From a virus: a stretch of DNA of 64,000 nucleotides. Shown here one piece after another: positions 50,701 through 59,900 of the stretch. Location of the stretch: the IMG/VR virus record IMGVR_UViG_3300045988_017048, positions 33,649 to 97,648 of that record. One strand, 5' to 3'. A program made the translations under genes and the position numbers. Every line of letters starts with the position of its first letter. Position 1 is the first letter of the stretch. The notes under the pieces were generated by a model that had not been told where the DNA came from, searched no databases, and worked only from the letters and a program-made list of their open reading frames with translations.

Positions 50701-52467
50701 ACTGACCCTGTTAGAATTAAGTATAAGTCTACCCCTCATGCTGTGCTAGCCTTGAACTATACTACATCAGGTGCTCAAAGAATATTACCTAATATTAAGG
50801 ATGGTGACTTAAATAAAACTTGGCCTGTAAATGCACAGGACTCAAGTGCTCCAAGTGGCAAGCACATGTATTGGGATAAGTCAGGAAGTGCCAAGAGTGT
50901 ATCACAAGATACTATTATTACTGGTGCTCTAAGAGGCCCTATATCTACTGTATCAAGTATTCAGCATGGATGGCTATGGCTAGGAGAATTGTATAATGAC
51001 AATGTACAGAATAGGTTTGGTGGTCAAACAGAAGAAGCCTTTGAGAATAACATATGGCTACCTTGTGGAGACCCAATTTCTCTTGTAGATACTAATAATA
51101 GAGTCAAGAGCAGTGTTACTATCAGGTGGGAGGAAGGTGATACCTATTTCCAAAGATATGACCATATCAAGACTTATCCATTTACTCTTGAAGACCAGAA
51201 TGCAGTAACTGATATTGTTTCATTCATGTGTGAAACAAGGGTAAATATTGATGGTAGGTATGACAGGAATAGGGGTCAGACAAACAACTTCTCAATAACT
51301 CCTGAGAACTTTAACTTAATGAATGATGTATATTCTCAGCCTAATAACTTCTTTAATTACAGGACAATTAATCCAAACAAATTGAACTTGGATAACTTTC
51401 ACAATTCAATTACTTGGACTAAGACTAAAACTGCTGGAGAGTTAGTGGACACTTGGACTAACATTACTCTTGCATCTACTCTTGACCTTGATGGGGATAA
51501 GGGAAATGTAAGGGCACTGAGAAGGTTTAATAACAATATACTTGCTTTCCAAGATAGAGGTATCAGCCAAATCCTGTATAATGAGAATATGCAGATTTCT
51601 TCTACTGATGGGGTTCCTATTGAGATTGCAAACAGTGGAAAGGTTAATGGTAAGAGATATATCTCTGATAGAATAGGATGCACTAATAAATGGTCTATAT
51701 GTGAAACATCTAATGGCATTTACTTTATAGATGACATTACAAAAGGCATATTCTTATTCAATGGTCAGTTGGATAATCTATCAGATAGATTAGGCTTCCA
51801 CTCTTGGATTAACAGAGCCTCTGATGGTATAGATATATGGAACCCAGTAGACTTTGATGGATTTGTTACCTACTATGATAAGGTTAATGGTGATGTATTC
51901 TTTATTAGTAAAGATGAGTGTTTAGCATTCTCTGAGCCATTAGGTCAGTTCAGCTCATTCTATAGTTATGAGAAAATGCCTTACTTCACTAACCTTGAAG
52001 ACAGAGGAATTGCTATCAATGTTGAAGGTACAGGCACATTATATAAACCTTGGTTGCATAATGAAGGGGATTACAATATGTTCTTTGGAGTGTATCAACC
52101 ATTCTATACTACTGTAATAGCCAATCCAGATATGCCTGTAGACAAGATATTTAATAACCTTGAGTTTAGGTCAGATAGTTGGGATAAGAATGGTAATTTA
52201 CTTAACACAACATTTGATACTCTAACTGCATGGAATGAATATCAACAAGGTACTTCTACTCTAAACAACATCTTAGGAAGACCTTCTGACCTAAAGAAGA
52301 AGTTTAGAATCTGGAGAGCTAATATACCAAGAGCCAGTGCTATTGGTTCTGATAAGAAAGGTAGGGATAGGATGAGGAATCCTTGGTTATATATTAAGCT
52401 GTCTATGGAAAAAGAGAATGTAAACAAGACTGTATTACATGATATGATTGTGCATTACTTTGAGTAA
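47701..52467 (+). CDS. very large tail structural protein (muzzle-like, by size and position)
   Basis: 1588-aa uninterrupted ORF in the position held by the large tail protein of crAss-like phages. Assignment rests on synteny only. Confidence 0.55.
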   Translation: MQKQVIFKTKGMQRDLSASAFNSGYSYENKNVRVMPTDESTLLSLINEKGNKKSSIAGVGDYIKGIPIGQALVNDELVIFTAGNDKDSLYTNIKGEELEIDNIAANELTIDIDYPFEDRIYKLWFNNKVLTGERLFRGDLGFNYKHPIETISFYENTDIRKVYWTDGLNQPRVINIAAASDVVSKWNTDSFNFVRTLNLNEKVTIERNIVANGSFAPGVIQYAFTYFDKYGQESNIFYTSPLYYISYNNRGASPEDRVSNSFNIEVTNVDKRFDYIRIYSIHRTSINATPDVKRVVDLAPPTGRSNYKLSSYEINLPANKMTMYRIGSGAEKTLDQYEPSQSGSNYKSWTFDTNKYYSINFGGDYLTWDTGTSFTITIINGKASMQLANNGNMTGTFSMAKVTYTDNGLSGDSVDPTELLYIGGEEVVFGTMAQKDNTLFLGDIKTKRKTLDSTIRSYFKGKSITFSIYNKSISSPEAKGYYPYTNQLKSNSYQFKTFKYLEYYRFGIQMQHYTGKWSEPIWINDVRNTIHIDTTFYDSSNIGLPVAEFTFNDSNIISRLLNQGYIRIRPVVVYPTINDREAICQGILCPTVYNVSDRYGNSPFAQSSWFTRPNAPFDEYKAFHYHQSDKGAWSGDWVKLGQFLGNPSAYSRAGIMSNDRTIVTSEGTQYNIDVVNKGAWAEFRHNKPIPGNSNRNAEIQCIWDPPSDPYVEDTATDSDVASWVSNNAENYYIDQSILTFHSPDIEFDNEVRSIDTSGLKLRIVGMVPLTAFVSDVDIQTSTPVNNFYDSSELPAGFYKEPIGVENDFSYEGSGTHFGDSHFGWRGLISGAFWFDELTAYKKGTGNTDHLTTGFVVYPWHRNGSLNNTKFATDGYRSAMLDKKKMSNMRYSYKSIYLDSVYIWNAYIKGNNIRTGISGVAIFDSNEVSLIRLPAQENSGLTDINYYGNIDKLLTISRVGSKKDGYPIMTTGVQSAETNAHTLFSGSYTQVDSKFTDQITGTDPVRIKYKSTPHAVLALNYTTSGAQRILPNIKDGDLNKTWPVNAQDSSAPSGKHMYWDKSGSAKSVSQDTIITGALRGPISTVSSIQHGWLWLGELYNDNVQNRFGGQTEEAFENNIWLPCGDPISLVDTNNRVKSSVTIRWEEGDTYFQRYDHIKTYPFTLEDQNAVTDIVSFMCETRVNIDGRYDRNRGQTNNFSITPENFNLMNDVYSQPNNFFNYRTINPNKLNLDNFHNSITWTKTKTAGELVDTWTNITLASTLDLDGDKGNVRALRRFNNNILAFQDRGISQILYNENMQISSTDGVPIEIANSGKVNGKRYISDRIGCTNKWSICETSNGIYFIDDITKGIFLFNGQLDNLSDRLGFHSWINRASDGIDIWNPVDFDGFVTYYDKVNGDVFFISKDECLAFSEPLGQFSSFYSYEKMPYFTNLEDRGIAINVEGTGTLYKPWLHNEGDYNMFFGVYQPFYTTVIANPDMPVDKIFNNLEFRSDSWDKNGNLLNTTFDTLTAWNEYQQGTSTLNNILGRPSDLKKKFRIWRANIPRASAIGSDKKGRDRMRNPWLYIKLSMEKENVNKTVLHDMIVHYFE

Positions 52468-52473
52468 TAATAG

Positions 52474-52513
52474 AGGGAGGGTAAGTTAATTACTTATCTT
52501 CCCTTTACTTTTT
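52474..52513 (+). terminator. possible terminator (imperfect hairpin)
   Basis: GGGAGGGTAAG...CTTATCTTCCC with two mismatches, followed by TTTACTTTTT. Confidence 0.35.
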
Positions 52514-52523
52514 GGATAATATC

Positions 52524-52555
52524 CTTGTATAATTCAAATACTTTGTTTATCTTTG
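52524..52555 (+). promoter_or_regulatory. Bacteroidota-type promoter (CTTG-N20-TATCTTTG)
   Basis: CTTG at 52524-52527 and TATCTTTG at 52548-52555. Confidence 0.6.
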
Positions 52556-52573
52556 CAAACAAATTAGTATGAT

Positions 52574-55126
52574 ATGGCTAAAAGAAAAGTTATAAGAAAG
52601 TCTAGCAGACCATTTACATATAACCCTCATTACTATTCTTGGGGTGGTGATTTCAAGGCTGCTATGGATGGCACAGGTGCATTTGACTTAAAGAGTACTT
52701 TTAGTGGAGGCAATGTTGCTAAAATGCTAAAGGGAGGCTTGGCAAGTAGTATAGGCAGTGCAGTAGGTAATATTGCAGGTGGTGCTATTGGAGGAGGGCT
52801 TGAATCAGGTGCAGGTAGTGCAATTAGTAACATCGGTGGTACTATAGGTGGTGCAGTAAGTGCAGTTAATCCTGTACTTGGAGGCATCATATCTGCTGGT
52901 ACTGGTGTTATTGGAGGTCTTACAAACAGGATGTTTGGCTCCAAGTTAAATAAAGAAAAAATTACTGAAGTTGAAGGAAGCAACAAAGCTATGAATACTG
53001 TTATGGTAGATAGTAGTAGTGCTGATTCTATAGAAGGTCAATGGGCTAATCAAGATTTTGGGGCAGATTTCTCTAAATCAGATATTGGTAAAGATGGTTG
53101 GTTCAGCAATAAGGCTAAGAGAAAATATAAAGCATTGAAGAAGCAACAAGACATTGCAAGGAATAGGGCTTTGACTTCTTATGAGAATGCAGCAGATGCA
53201 GCAGATACTCAGTCAGACCTTAATGCTATGGCAAATTTTGCTGCCTTTGGTGGTCCTCTTGGTATATGGGGAGGATATGGAAGTGGAGCAATAGGCTATG
53301 AATTGGCTAAGGAGAACTTAGGTATTAAGGCTCTTAATGCTGCAAATAAAGGTAGATTAACTTCATTACCTAACTCATTTGAATCTCCAGAGTTAAACAC
53401 ATTTGCTGAAGGAGGTAAAATACATATTAAACCCTCTAAGAAAGGAACTTTCACAGCAGCAGCTAAAAAGCATGGAAAGTCTGTGCAATCATTTGCTTCA
53501 CAAGTACTAGCTAATAAAGAGGATTACTCTCCTGCTATGGTGAAGAAGGCTAATTTTGCAAGAAATGCTGCTAAATGGAAGCATGCTTTAGGTGGTGAGT
53601 TAAATACTAATGGTGCTGACTTTAGTAATGGTCAAATTATTGTAGGTAATGGTGGAACCCATGAGGAGAATCCAATGGAGGGTGTACCTATGGGAATGGA
53701 TGCTGAGGGAAACCCAAATCTTGTAGAGCAAGGTGAGGTTATATTCAATGACTATGTATTCAGTAATAGGTTATTTGCTGATGGTGGTCTATTGGAGAGT
53801 TTTAATCTCCCTAAGTCTTATGATGGACATTCTTTTGCTGCAATAGCAGAGAAGTTAGGTGATGAATCAAAGGAAAGACCTAATGACCCAATAAGCAAGA
53901 GAGGACTTCTAAGTTCTATGTCCAGACTACAACAAGCCCAAGAGACTGTAAGACAACAGACCCAAAAAGGTCAAGAAGGAGTACAATATGCTCATGGTGG
54001 TAGAATGGGTACATTATTTGATGGTCTTGGTCAGTACCCTAATCATTTATTGATTATAGATGATGGAAGTGTTCCTGAAGGTACAATGTTTGACCCTATT
54101 AGTAATAAGTATGTATTTACTGGTTATCAAGACTCAGATGCTAACCCATTGAACTTTGGTTCAGGAATAACACCATCAGGTGAATGGGTGGAAGAACCTA
54201 AATATATGGCAAGGGCTGCTGCTAAGAGCGCAGGATATAATGTAGGAAGCTCTTTGGATGATTATAATAAAAACCCAATTAAGGCTCCTGAGAAGAAAAA
54301 GAGTGCTGTATCAAGATTGCTAAGCAATTTAGATGCTACAGACCTAAGATATGCTCCTGTAGTAGGTGCTGCAATAGGATTAGGTCAGAACTTATTTAGT
54401 AGACCTGACTATACGAGTGCAGATGCAATATTTGAAGCAGCTAATCAGGCAGGAAATTATACTCCAATAGGTTATACTCCAATAGGCAACTACTTACAAT
54501 ATAGACCTTTTGATAGAAACTTCTATCTAAATAAACTCAATGCACAAGCAGGTGCTACAAGAAGGGCTATTATAAATACTACAAGTCCTTCAAGGAATGC
54601 AGCCTTACTTGCAGCAGATTATAATGCTCAAGGTATAGTAGGAGACCTTGCAAGACAGGCTGAAGAGTATAACTTGGCACAAAGACAAGCTGTTGAAACC
54701 TTTAATAGAGGTACTAATCAAGCCAATGCTGAGATGGGACTCAAGGCTGCAATGGCAAATCAAGAGGCTGCATTAGAGTCAAGAAGTTCAAGACTAAGTG
54801 GAGTTGCACAGGCTATGGCAGTAAGAGATGCTGTTGATGCAAGAAGAGGTGCAAGTATGAGTGCTAACCTTACTAATTTGTTTGACAGTCTTGGTAATAT
54901 AGGTATTGATGCTTACAATAGAGAGGATAGAGATAAACTAATAAGAGCAGGTGTGTTTGGTACTTTAAGTGAGAAGCCTCAAGAATGGAGTGATGAAACT
55001 TGGAAAGAATATAAAGATTATATAAATAAAAGTTTAGAGAATAAAACTCCTAAAGTTAAAGGTAAGCAACCCAGTAAAGGTGGGTACTTAACTATTAAGA
55101 AAGGAAAACAACATGGCAAATTTTAG
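52574..55126 (+). CDS. large virion protein with a Gly-rich hydrophobic N-terminal region (ejection/cargo-like)
   Basis: 850 aa. About 90 residues of GGxIGGxxS-type repeats (GNIAGGAIGGGLESGAGSAISNIGGTIGGAVSAVNPVLGGIISAGTGVIGG). Confidence 0.6.
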   Translation: MAKRKVIRKSSRPFTYNPHYYSWGGDFKAAMDGTGAFDLKSTFSGGNVAKMLKGGLASSIGSAVGNIAGGAIGGGLESGAGSAISNIGGTIGGAVSAVNPVLGGIISAGTGVIGGLTNRMFGSKLNKEKITEVEGSNKAMNTVMVDSSSADSIEGQWANQDFGADFSKSDIGKDGWFSNKAKRKYKALKKQQDIARNRALTSYENAADAADTQSDLNAMANFAAFGGPLGIWGGYGSGAIGYELAKENLGIKALNAANKGRLTSLPNSFESPELNTFAEGGKIHIKPSKKGTFTAAAKKHGKSVQSFASQVLANKEDYSPAMVKKANFARNAAKWKHALGGELNTNGADFSNGQIIVGNGGTHEENPMEGVPMGMDAEGNPNLVEQGEVIFNDYVFSNRLFADGGLLESFNLPKSYDGHSFAAIAEKLGDESKERPNDPISKRGLLSSMSRLQQAQETVRQQTQKGQEGVQYAHGGRMGTLFDGLGQYPNHLLIIDDGSVPEGTMFDPISNKYVFTGYQDSDANPLNFGSGITPSGEWVEEPKYMARAAAKSAGYNVGSSLDDYNKNPIKAPEKKKSAVSRLLSNLDATDLRYAPVVGAAIGLGQNLFSRPDYTSADAIFEAANQAGNYTPIGYTPIGNYLQYRPFDRNFYLNKLNAQAGATRRAIINTTSPSRNAALLAADYNAQGIVGDLARQAEEYNLAQRQAVETFNRGTNQANAEMGLKAAMANQEAALESRSSRLSGVAQAMAVRDAVDARRGASMSANLTNLFDSLGNIGIDAYNREDRDKLIRAGVFGTLSEKPQEWSDETWKEYKDYINKSLENKTPKVKGKQPSKGGYLTIKKGKQHGKF

Positions 55127-56915
55127 TTTAGTCGTAAATAGCAAATTTAATCCTTTCTCTTTTGAAAGATACATACAGCCTTATCAGATATATGGACAAG
55201 CATATAGAGAGGTAGAAGATACTTTAGGTGAATTAGATACTAAGGCAAGTGTATGGGGGGAAATGGCTAATGAACAGACTGACCCTTATGCTTACAAGAT
55301 GTACAAGACCTATGCAAATGACCTTGAAGAGCAAGCAGGTCAGTTAGCAAGAGAGGGACTTAATGCTGCAAGTAGAAGGGACATGCTCAATATGAGAGCA
55401 AGGTACAGTAAGGAGATAACTCCTATTGAACAAGCTTATACAGCAAGACAGAAACAAGCAGAGCAACAGCAACAAGCATTATTACAAGACCCAACATTAT
55501 TATTAAGTAGAAGAGCTTCAACTACAAGCCTTGATGACTACATAAGGAATCCTCAATTAGCTTATGAAGCATATTCAGGTAAACTAATTACTGCACAGGC
55601 TGCAAGTGCTGCATCTGCATTAGCTAAGGAAATGCAAGAGAAACCAAGGAAATGGAGAAGCATCTTAGGCAACTCATACTATGAGACTATGATGCAGAAA
55701 GGCTTTAGTTCTCAAGCAGTATTACAGGCTATACAGGATAACCCCAATGCTGCTCCTCAACTTACAAGAATTGTTGAAGATGCCATTAATTCAAGTGGTG
55801 TTAGAAACTGGGGAGACCAAGCTACTATTGCAAGGGCTATTGACTATGCTAGGCAAGGTTTATGGAGTGCAGCTGGTGAGACTCAATACCAGACTCTTGA
55901 TAATTGGAGGGCTAAGATGGCTGAGCAGGAGGCTATGCAGATTAGGGCAGAGAAAAGAGCTGCTGCAAGAAAGGCAGAAGAGCAAAAACAAGTCCAACTG
56001 AATAATCTTGCTATCAATCCTCTGAATGTCTACAGTAATAGAGAGTTGAGTAAGGATGAAAAGAAGTATAAGGATAATATGAAGAACTTCTCTAAGTACT
56101 TCTATAAAGATAATCATGGTCAAATGAGGATGACTTGGGCTGGCTGGCAAGAATATAACAGGAATGCTACCCCAAAAGTAAGAGTAGCATATTCTGACAG
56201 TGGTACTGCAAGACTTATGAATGCAGAAACACAGATGCAGAAAAGTAGTAAGAAATTTACTCCTACTGTATTCAGACAGTTTATGGATAACTTAGGAGCA
56301 AATAAAGTTACTAGAGGCAAATGGCTACCTGGAAGTCTTGGTAATGTATGGAGCAAATATGTTAATTCTTCAGCAGGAAGAACTTCAAGGTATGATGCTA
56401 CAAGGGTTACTGAGTATGACTATCCTATTGCAGGTGCTCAGCAGGGTGATATGAAGGATGCTATTATGACTGCTGGCAGAGGATTAAGTCTGAAAGAAGT
56501 AGATTATGATAGCAAGTCCAAGAAATTCAAGGATACAGGTGAGGAAATCACTATGGAAGACTTGAAGAGTGATAAGTACAAAGTAACTGCTACAAGGTTC
56601 AGTCCCTATGGTAGTACTGTAATGATACAAGATGATAAGGGTAATGTAAGAAGATTCAGAATGCCTGCTGGTATCAACACAACTAATGAACAGAACAGGG
56701 ATAAGGCAATGGCTGCTGCAAATCAATGGCAACATGTAGTTAGTACAGGTCAATATACTGATGCAAGGGGTAATGTACATCAAGCTACTCCAGATGAAAT
56801 TACTTATGCTCAGCAACAATATGCTAATTCTATACAGCAAGCCTACTTATTCCACTCTCAATTAGGAGTACAGAATAAGACAAAAGAACAAGAGTTTAAT
56901 CCTTATGGATATTAA
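55113..56915 (+). CDS. large helical virion protein (cargo-like)
   Basis: 600 aa, Gln/Ala-rich helical. 14-nt overlap with the upstream gene. Confidence 0.6.
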   Translation: MANFSLVVNSKFNPFSFERYIQPYQIYGQAYREVEDTLGELDTKASVWGEMANEQTDPYAYKMYKTYANDLEEQAGQLAREGLNAASRRDMLNMRARYSKEITPIEQAYTARQKQAEQQQQALLQDPTLLLSRRASTTSLDDYIRNPQLAYEAYSGKLITAQAASAASALAKEMQEKPRKWRSILGNSYYETMMQKGFSSQAVLQAIQDNPNAAPQLTRIVEDAINSSGVRNWGDQATIARAIDYARQGLWSAAGETQYQTLDNWRAKMAEQEAMQIRAEKRAAARKAEEQKQVQLNNLAINPLNVYSNRELSKDEKKYKDNMKNFSKYFYKDNHGQMRMTWAGWQEYNRNATPKVRVAYSDSGTARLMNAETQMQKSSKKFTPTVFRQFMDNLGANKVTRGKWLPGSLGNVWSKYVNSSAGRTSRYDATRVTEYDYPIAGAQQGDMKDAIMTAGRGLSLKEVDYDSKSKKFKDTGEEITMEDLKSDKYKVTATRFSPYGSTVMIQDDKGNVRRFRMPAGINTTNEQNRDKAMAAANQWQHVVSTGQYTDARGNVHQATPDEITYAQQQYANSIQQAYLFHSQLGVQNKTKEQEFNPYGY

Positions 56916-56918
56916 GAT

Positions 56919-59900
56919 ATGGCAAAAGAAACTAAAGTAAAAGATATAGATATTACTAAGAGTGGTCCAATGACTTTCAGAGATTTGCAGAAAGCAAATC
57001 AAAAGCCATATACTAACCTTAGTCCTGAGTTTCAGTCATTCAGTATGAATGTAGGAGCAAGCACTGCTCCTACTTCACTGTATGATGCAAGGGCACATGG
57101 TGAGCAGATGGTACAATCATCCTTAGAGGGAACTGCTACACCTTGGGGTGAGAGTACGTTTGATGAGCCTACTACAACTGAGGCACAGTTTCAAGAGTTA
57201 GGGGATATAAGAGCTGAGAATCAACCTTGGTATGCACAGATAGGAGCAGGTCTTGCTAAGGGTGCTATACTTGCAGGTACTACTTTTCTTGATGGTACTT
57301 TAGGATTGTTGTTCGGAGGAAAGACTGCTATAGAAGAAGATAGATGGTCTGGTATTTGGGATAATGATTTCTCTAAGGCTATGCAGTCTGTTAATGAGTG
57401 GTCTGAGCAGGCATTGCCTAACTATTACACAAAGGCAGAACAAGAACAGCCTTGGTATGAAAATATCTTCACTGCTAACTTCTTAGGTGATAAGTTTATC
57501 AAGAACTTAGGTTTCACAGTAGGTGCTTTTTATAGTGGTGGTGTTACTGCTGCTGGATTGAAAGCAACTAAATTACCTCAACTTATTGGTGCTATTGCTA
57601 AGTCTTCAAAGGCTCCAGCAATAGTTAATTCTGCTGTAGGTGCTACTATCTCAGCAGTAAATGAGGGTAGAATTGAAGCACTCAACAATAGTAAGGATTG
57701 GTTTGAACTCCATAAAGCACAGCTTGATGATACTTATAGAGATAGGATACAAGCTATACAGAATAGGTATGAAGATACTAAAGGTACCCTTGTGAGCACA
57801 AGAGAAGGTCAAATGGTAGACCCTGCATACATAGAATATCAGAATGCTATAAAGAAAGAACAGGAGTCTTATAATGCAGCTTTAGGCAAACTGAGTGAGG
57901 ACAGATTAAAGATGGGTAATGCAGATTTGCTTATGAATATACCTATTCTTACTGCATCTAATATAATTCAGTTTGGTAAGTTGTATGCCAATGGATTTAA
58001 AACTGCAAGAAGAACTACTAATATAGTAGGCAAAGCAGGGGAATATACTGCTGGTACTACAAGATTAGGTGCTACTGCTGCAATAACAAAAGGTGCATTA
58101 TCTGAAGGTAATGAGGAAATATTACAAGTTGCTGCAAGTAGGATAGCAGGTAATTATTACTCTACTGATGTAAATAACTTCTATAAGTCAAAGACTGACC
58201 CAGAGGCTGCACAAGAGACTTTAAGTTGGACCAAATCATTTGCTGAGGGAATTAATGAGACAGTAAATGATGGTTCTGCTTGGGAAGAGTTCTTTATTGG
58301 TTCTTTGACAGGTGCATTAGGTATACCAAGATTTAGAGGAGTTAGAAGTGAGTCAGGCTCACTGCAATCTCCTATTACTATTGAGGGTGGTGCCATAAAT
58401 GAGTGGAGAGACTATAATGAGAAGATAGCAAGGGAAAATAAGATTGCTAACTACATGAATAGTAGGGTAAACTCTCCTGAATTTAAGAACTACTATCAAG
58501 GTCTTATCAGGCATAATAAGTATCAGAATGATATGAACAGAGCTGCTGAGAAAGGTGATGAGTTCAACTTTAAGAATGCAGAACATGCTCAATTAGTATC
58601 TGATATTGCCATGTTTGATAATGCAGGTAGAATGGAAGACCTTACTACACTGATTGATGCAGCCTTTGATACATCAGATGAAAACCTTGCCTCTATTGTG
58701 GAGAATACTACAACTACTCTTGAAGATGGTTCTAAGGTAGGTCCATTTGTTGATAAGAATGGTAATCCTATGTATGCTACTCCAGAGGGCAAGCAGGAAA
58801 TGATAGAGAAGCTACAGCAAAACCATGATGAAATGACCAACACTATCAATAATTATCTGAAGATAAAAGATGAGCTTGATATTAAAACAGGTCAGCAATT
58901 ATCAGATGACCAGCTTGAAGAATTGACATGGATGAAATCTCAGATAGGTAACTGGGCTGAAAGGGCAACAGCTATGTCTGGAGAGGTTAAATCAGCTATT
59001 GGTAATGTAATAGGTAACTTAGACTATCTACTTAAATTTAATCAACAAGTTAGAGATTTTGAAGGTCAACATCATGCTGATTTAACTGATAGATATAAAC
59101 AAGCAGATAAGAATGTAAGAGCCATTGAAGGTGCTATCAACACTCTTAATATGGTTAGAGGTCAGGATGATAAGGTATTGGCTCATACATTAGCAACTAA
59201 TCCTAAGTTTGTAGATGGTCTTATCAAGGAAATTAATGAGGTAGATGAAACTGTACTTAGTGCAGATGATAAAGAGGATATTACAACTAAATTGAATGAT
59301 ATTGTCAAGTTAGGTAATGCCTCAAAGACATATAATGCAAAGCTGAAAGAGTATCTTGAGGACCCTCAAAAGCAAGCAGAAGACCATGCAAAAGCTGATG
59401 AGCAAGCTGCACAACAAGAGACTAAGAAGAAGTCTGATGACCTAAAGACATCTTTGAATGCTGCACAGAACTTACAAGAGTTCAGGAGTACAATAGATGC
59501 CCAAGATGATACAGAGAATAGAGATAGAGTCCTAAAAGAACTTGAGGATGAAGGTAGTGAAATGGCTAAGAGCTACAGAGAAACTTCACAATATAATAAT
59601 GAAGTGAGAAGAGTTCTTAATGAGTCAGATGCAGAACCACAAGTTAAGCAAGATGCTATGAAACTCCTTCAAGACCAATTCAGTAACTCTGAGAATCTTG
59701 AACAGTTAGCTAATCCTAACTCAATTTACATTAATAATGAGAATGCCTTTGATGAAGATTCTGAGGGTGATGTTGAGTTGTCTGCAACAAGATTCCAAGA
59801 AGCTCAATATGAGCTACAGAAGGCTATGTCTCAGGTAAACAATGACAATAGATTTAAGGATAGATTCTCACCTGAATATAAGAAGCCTGTAGAGAAAAGA

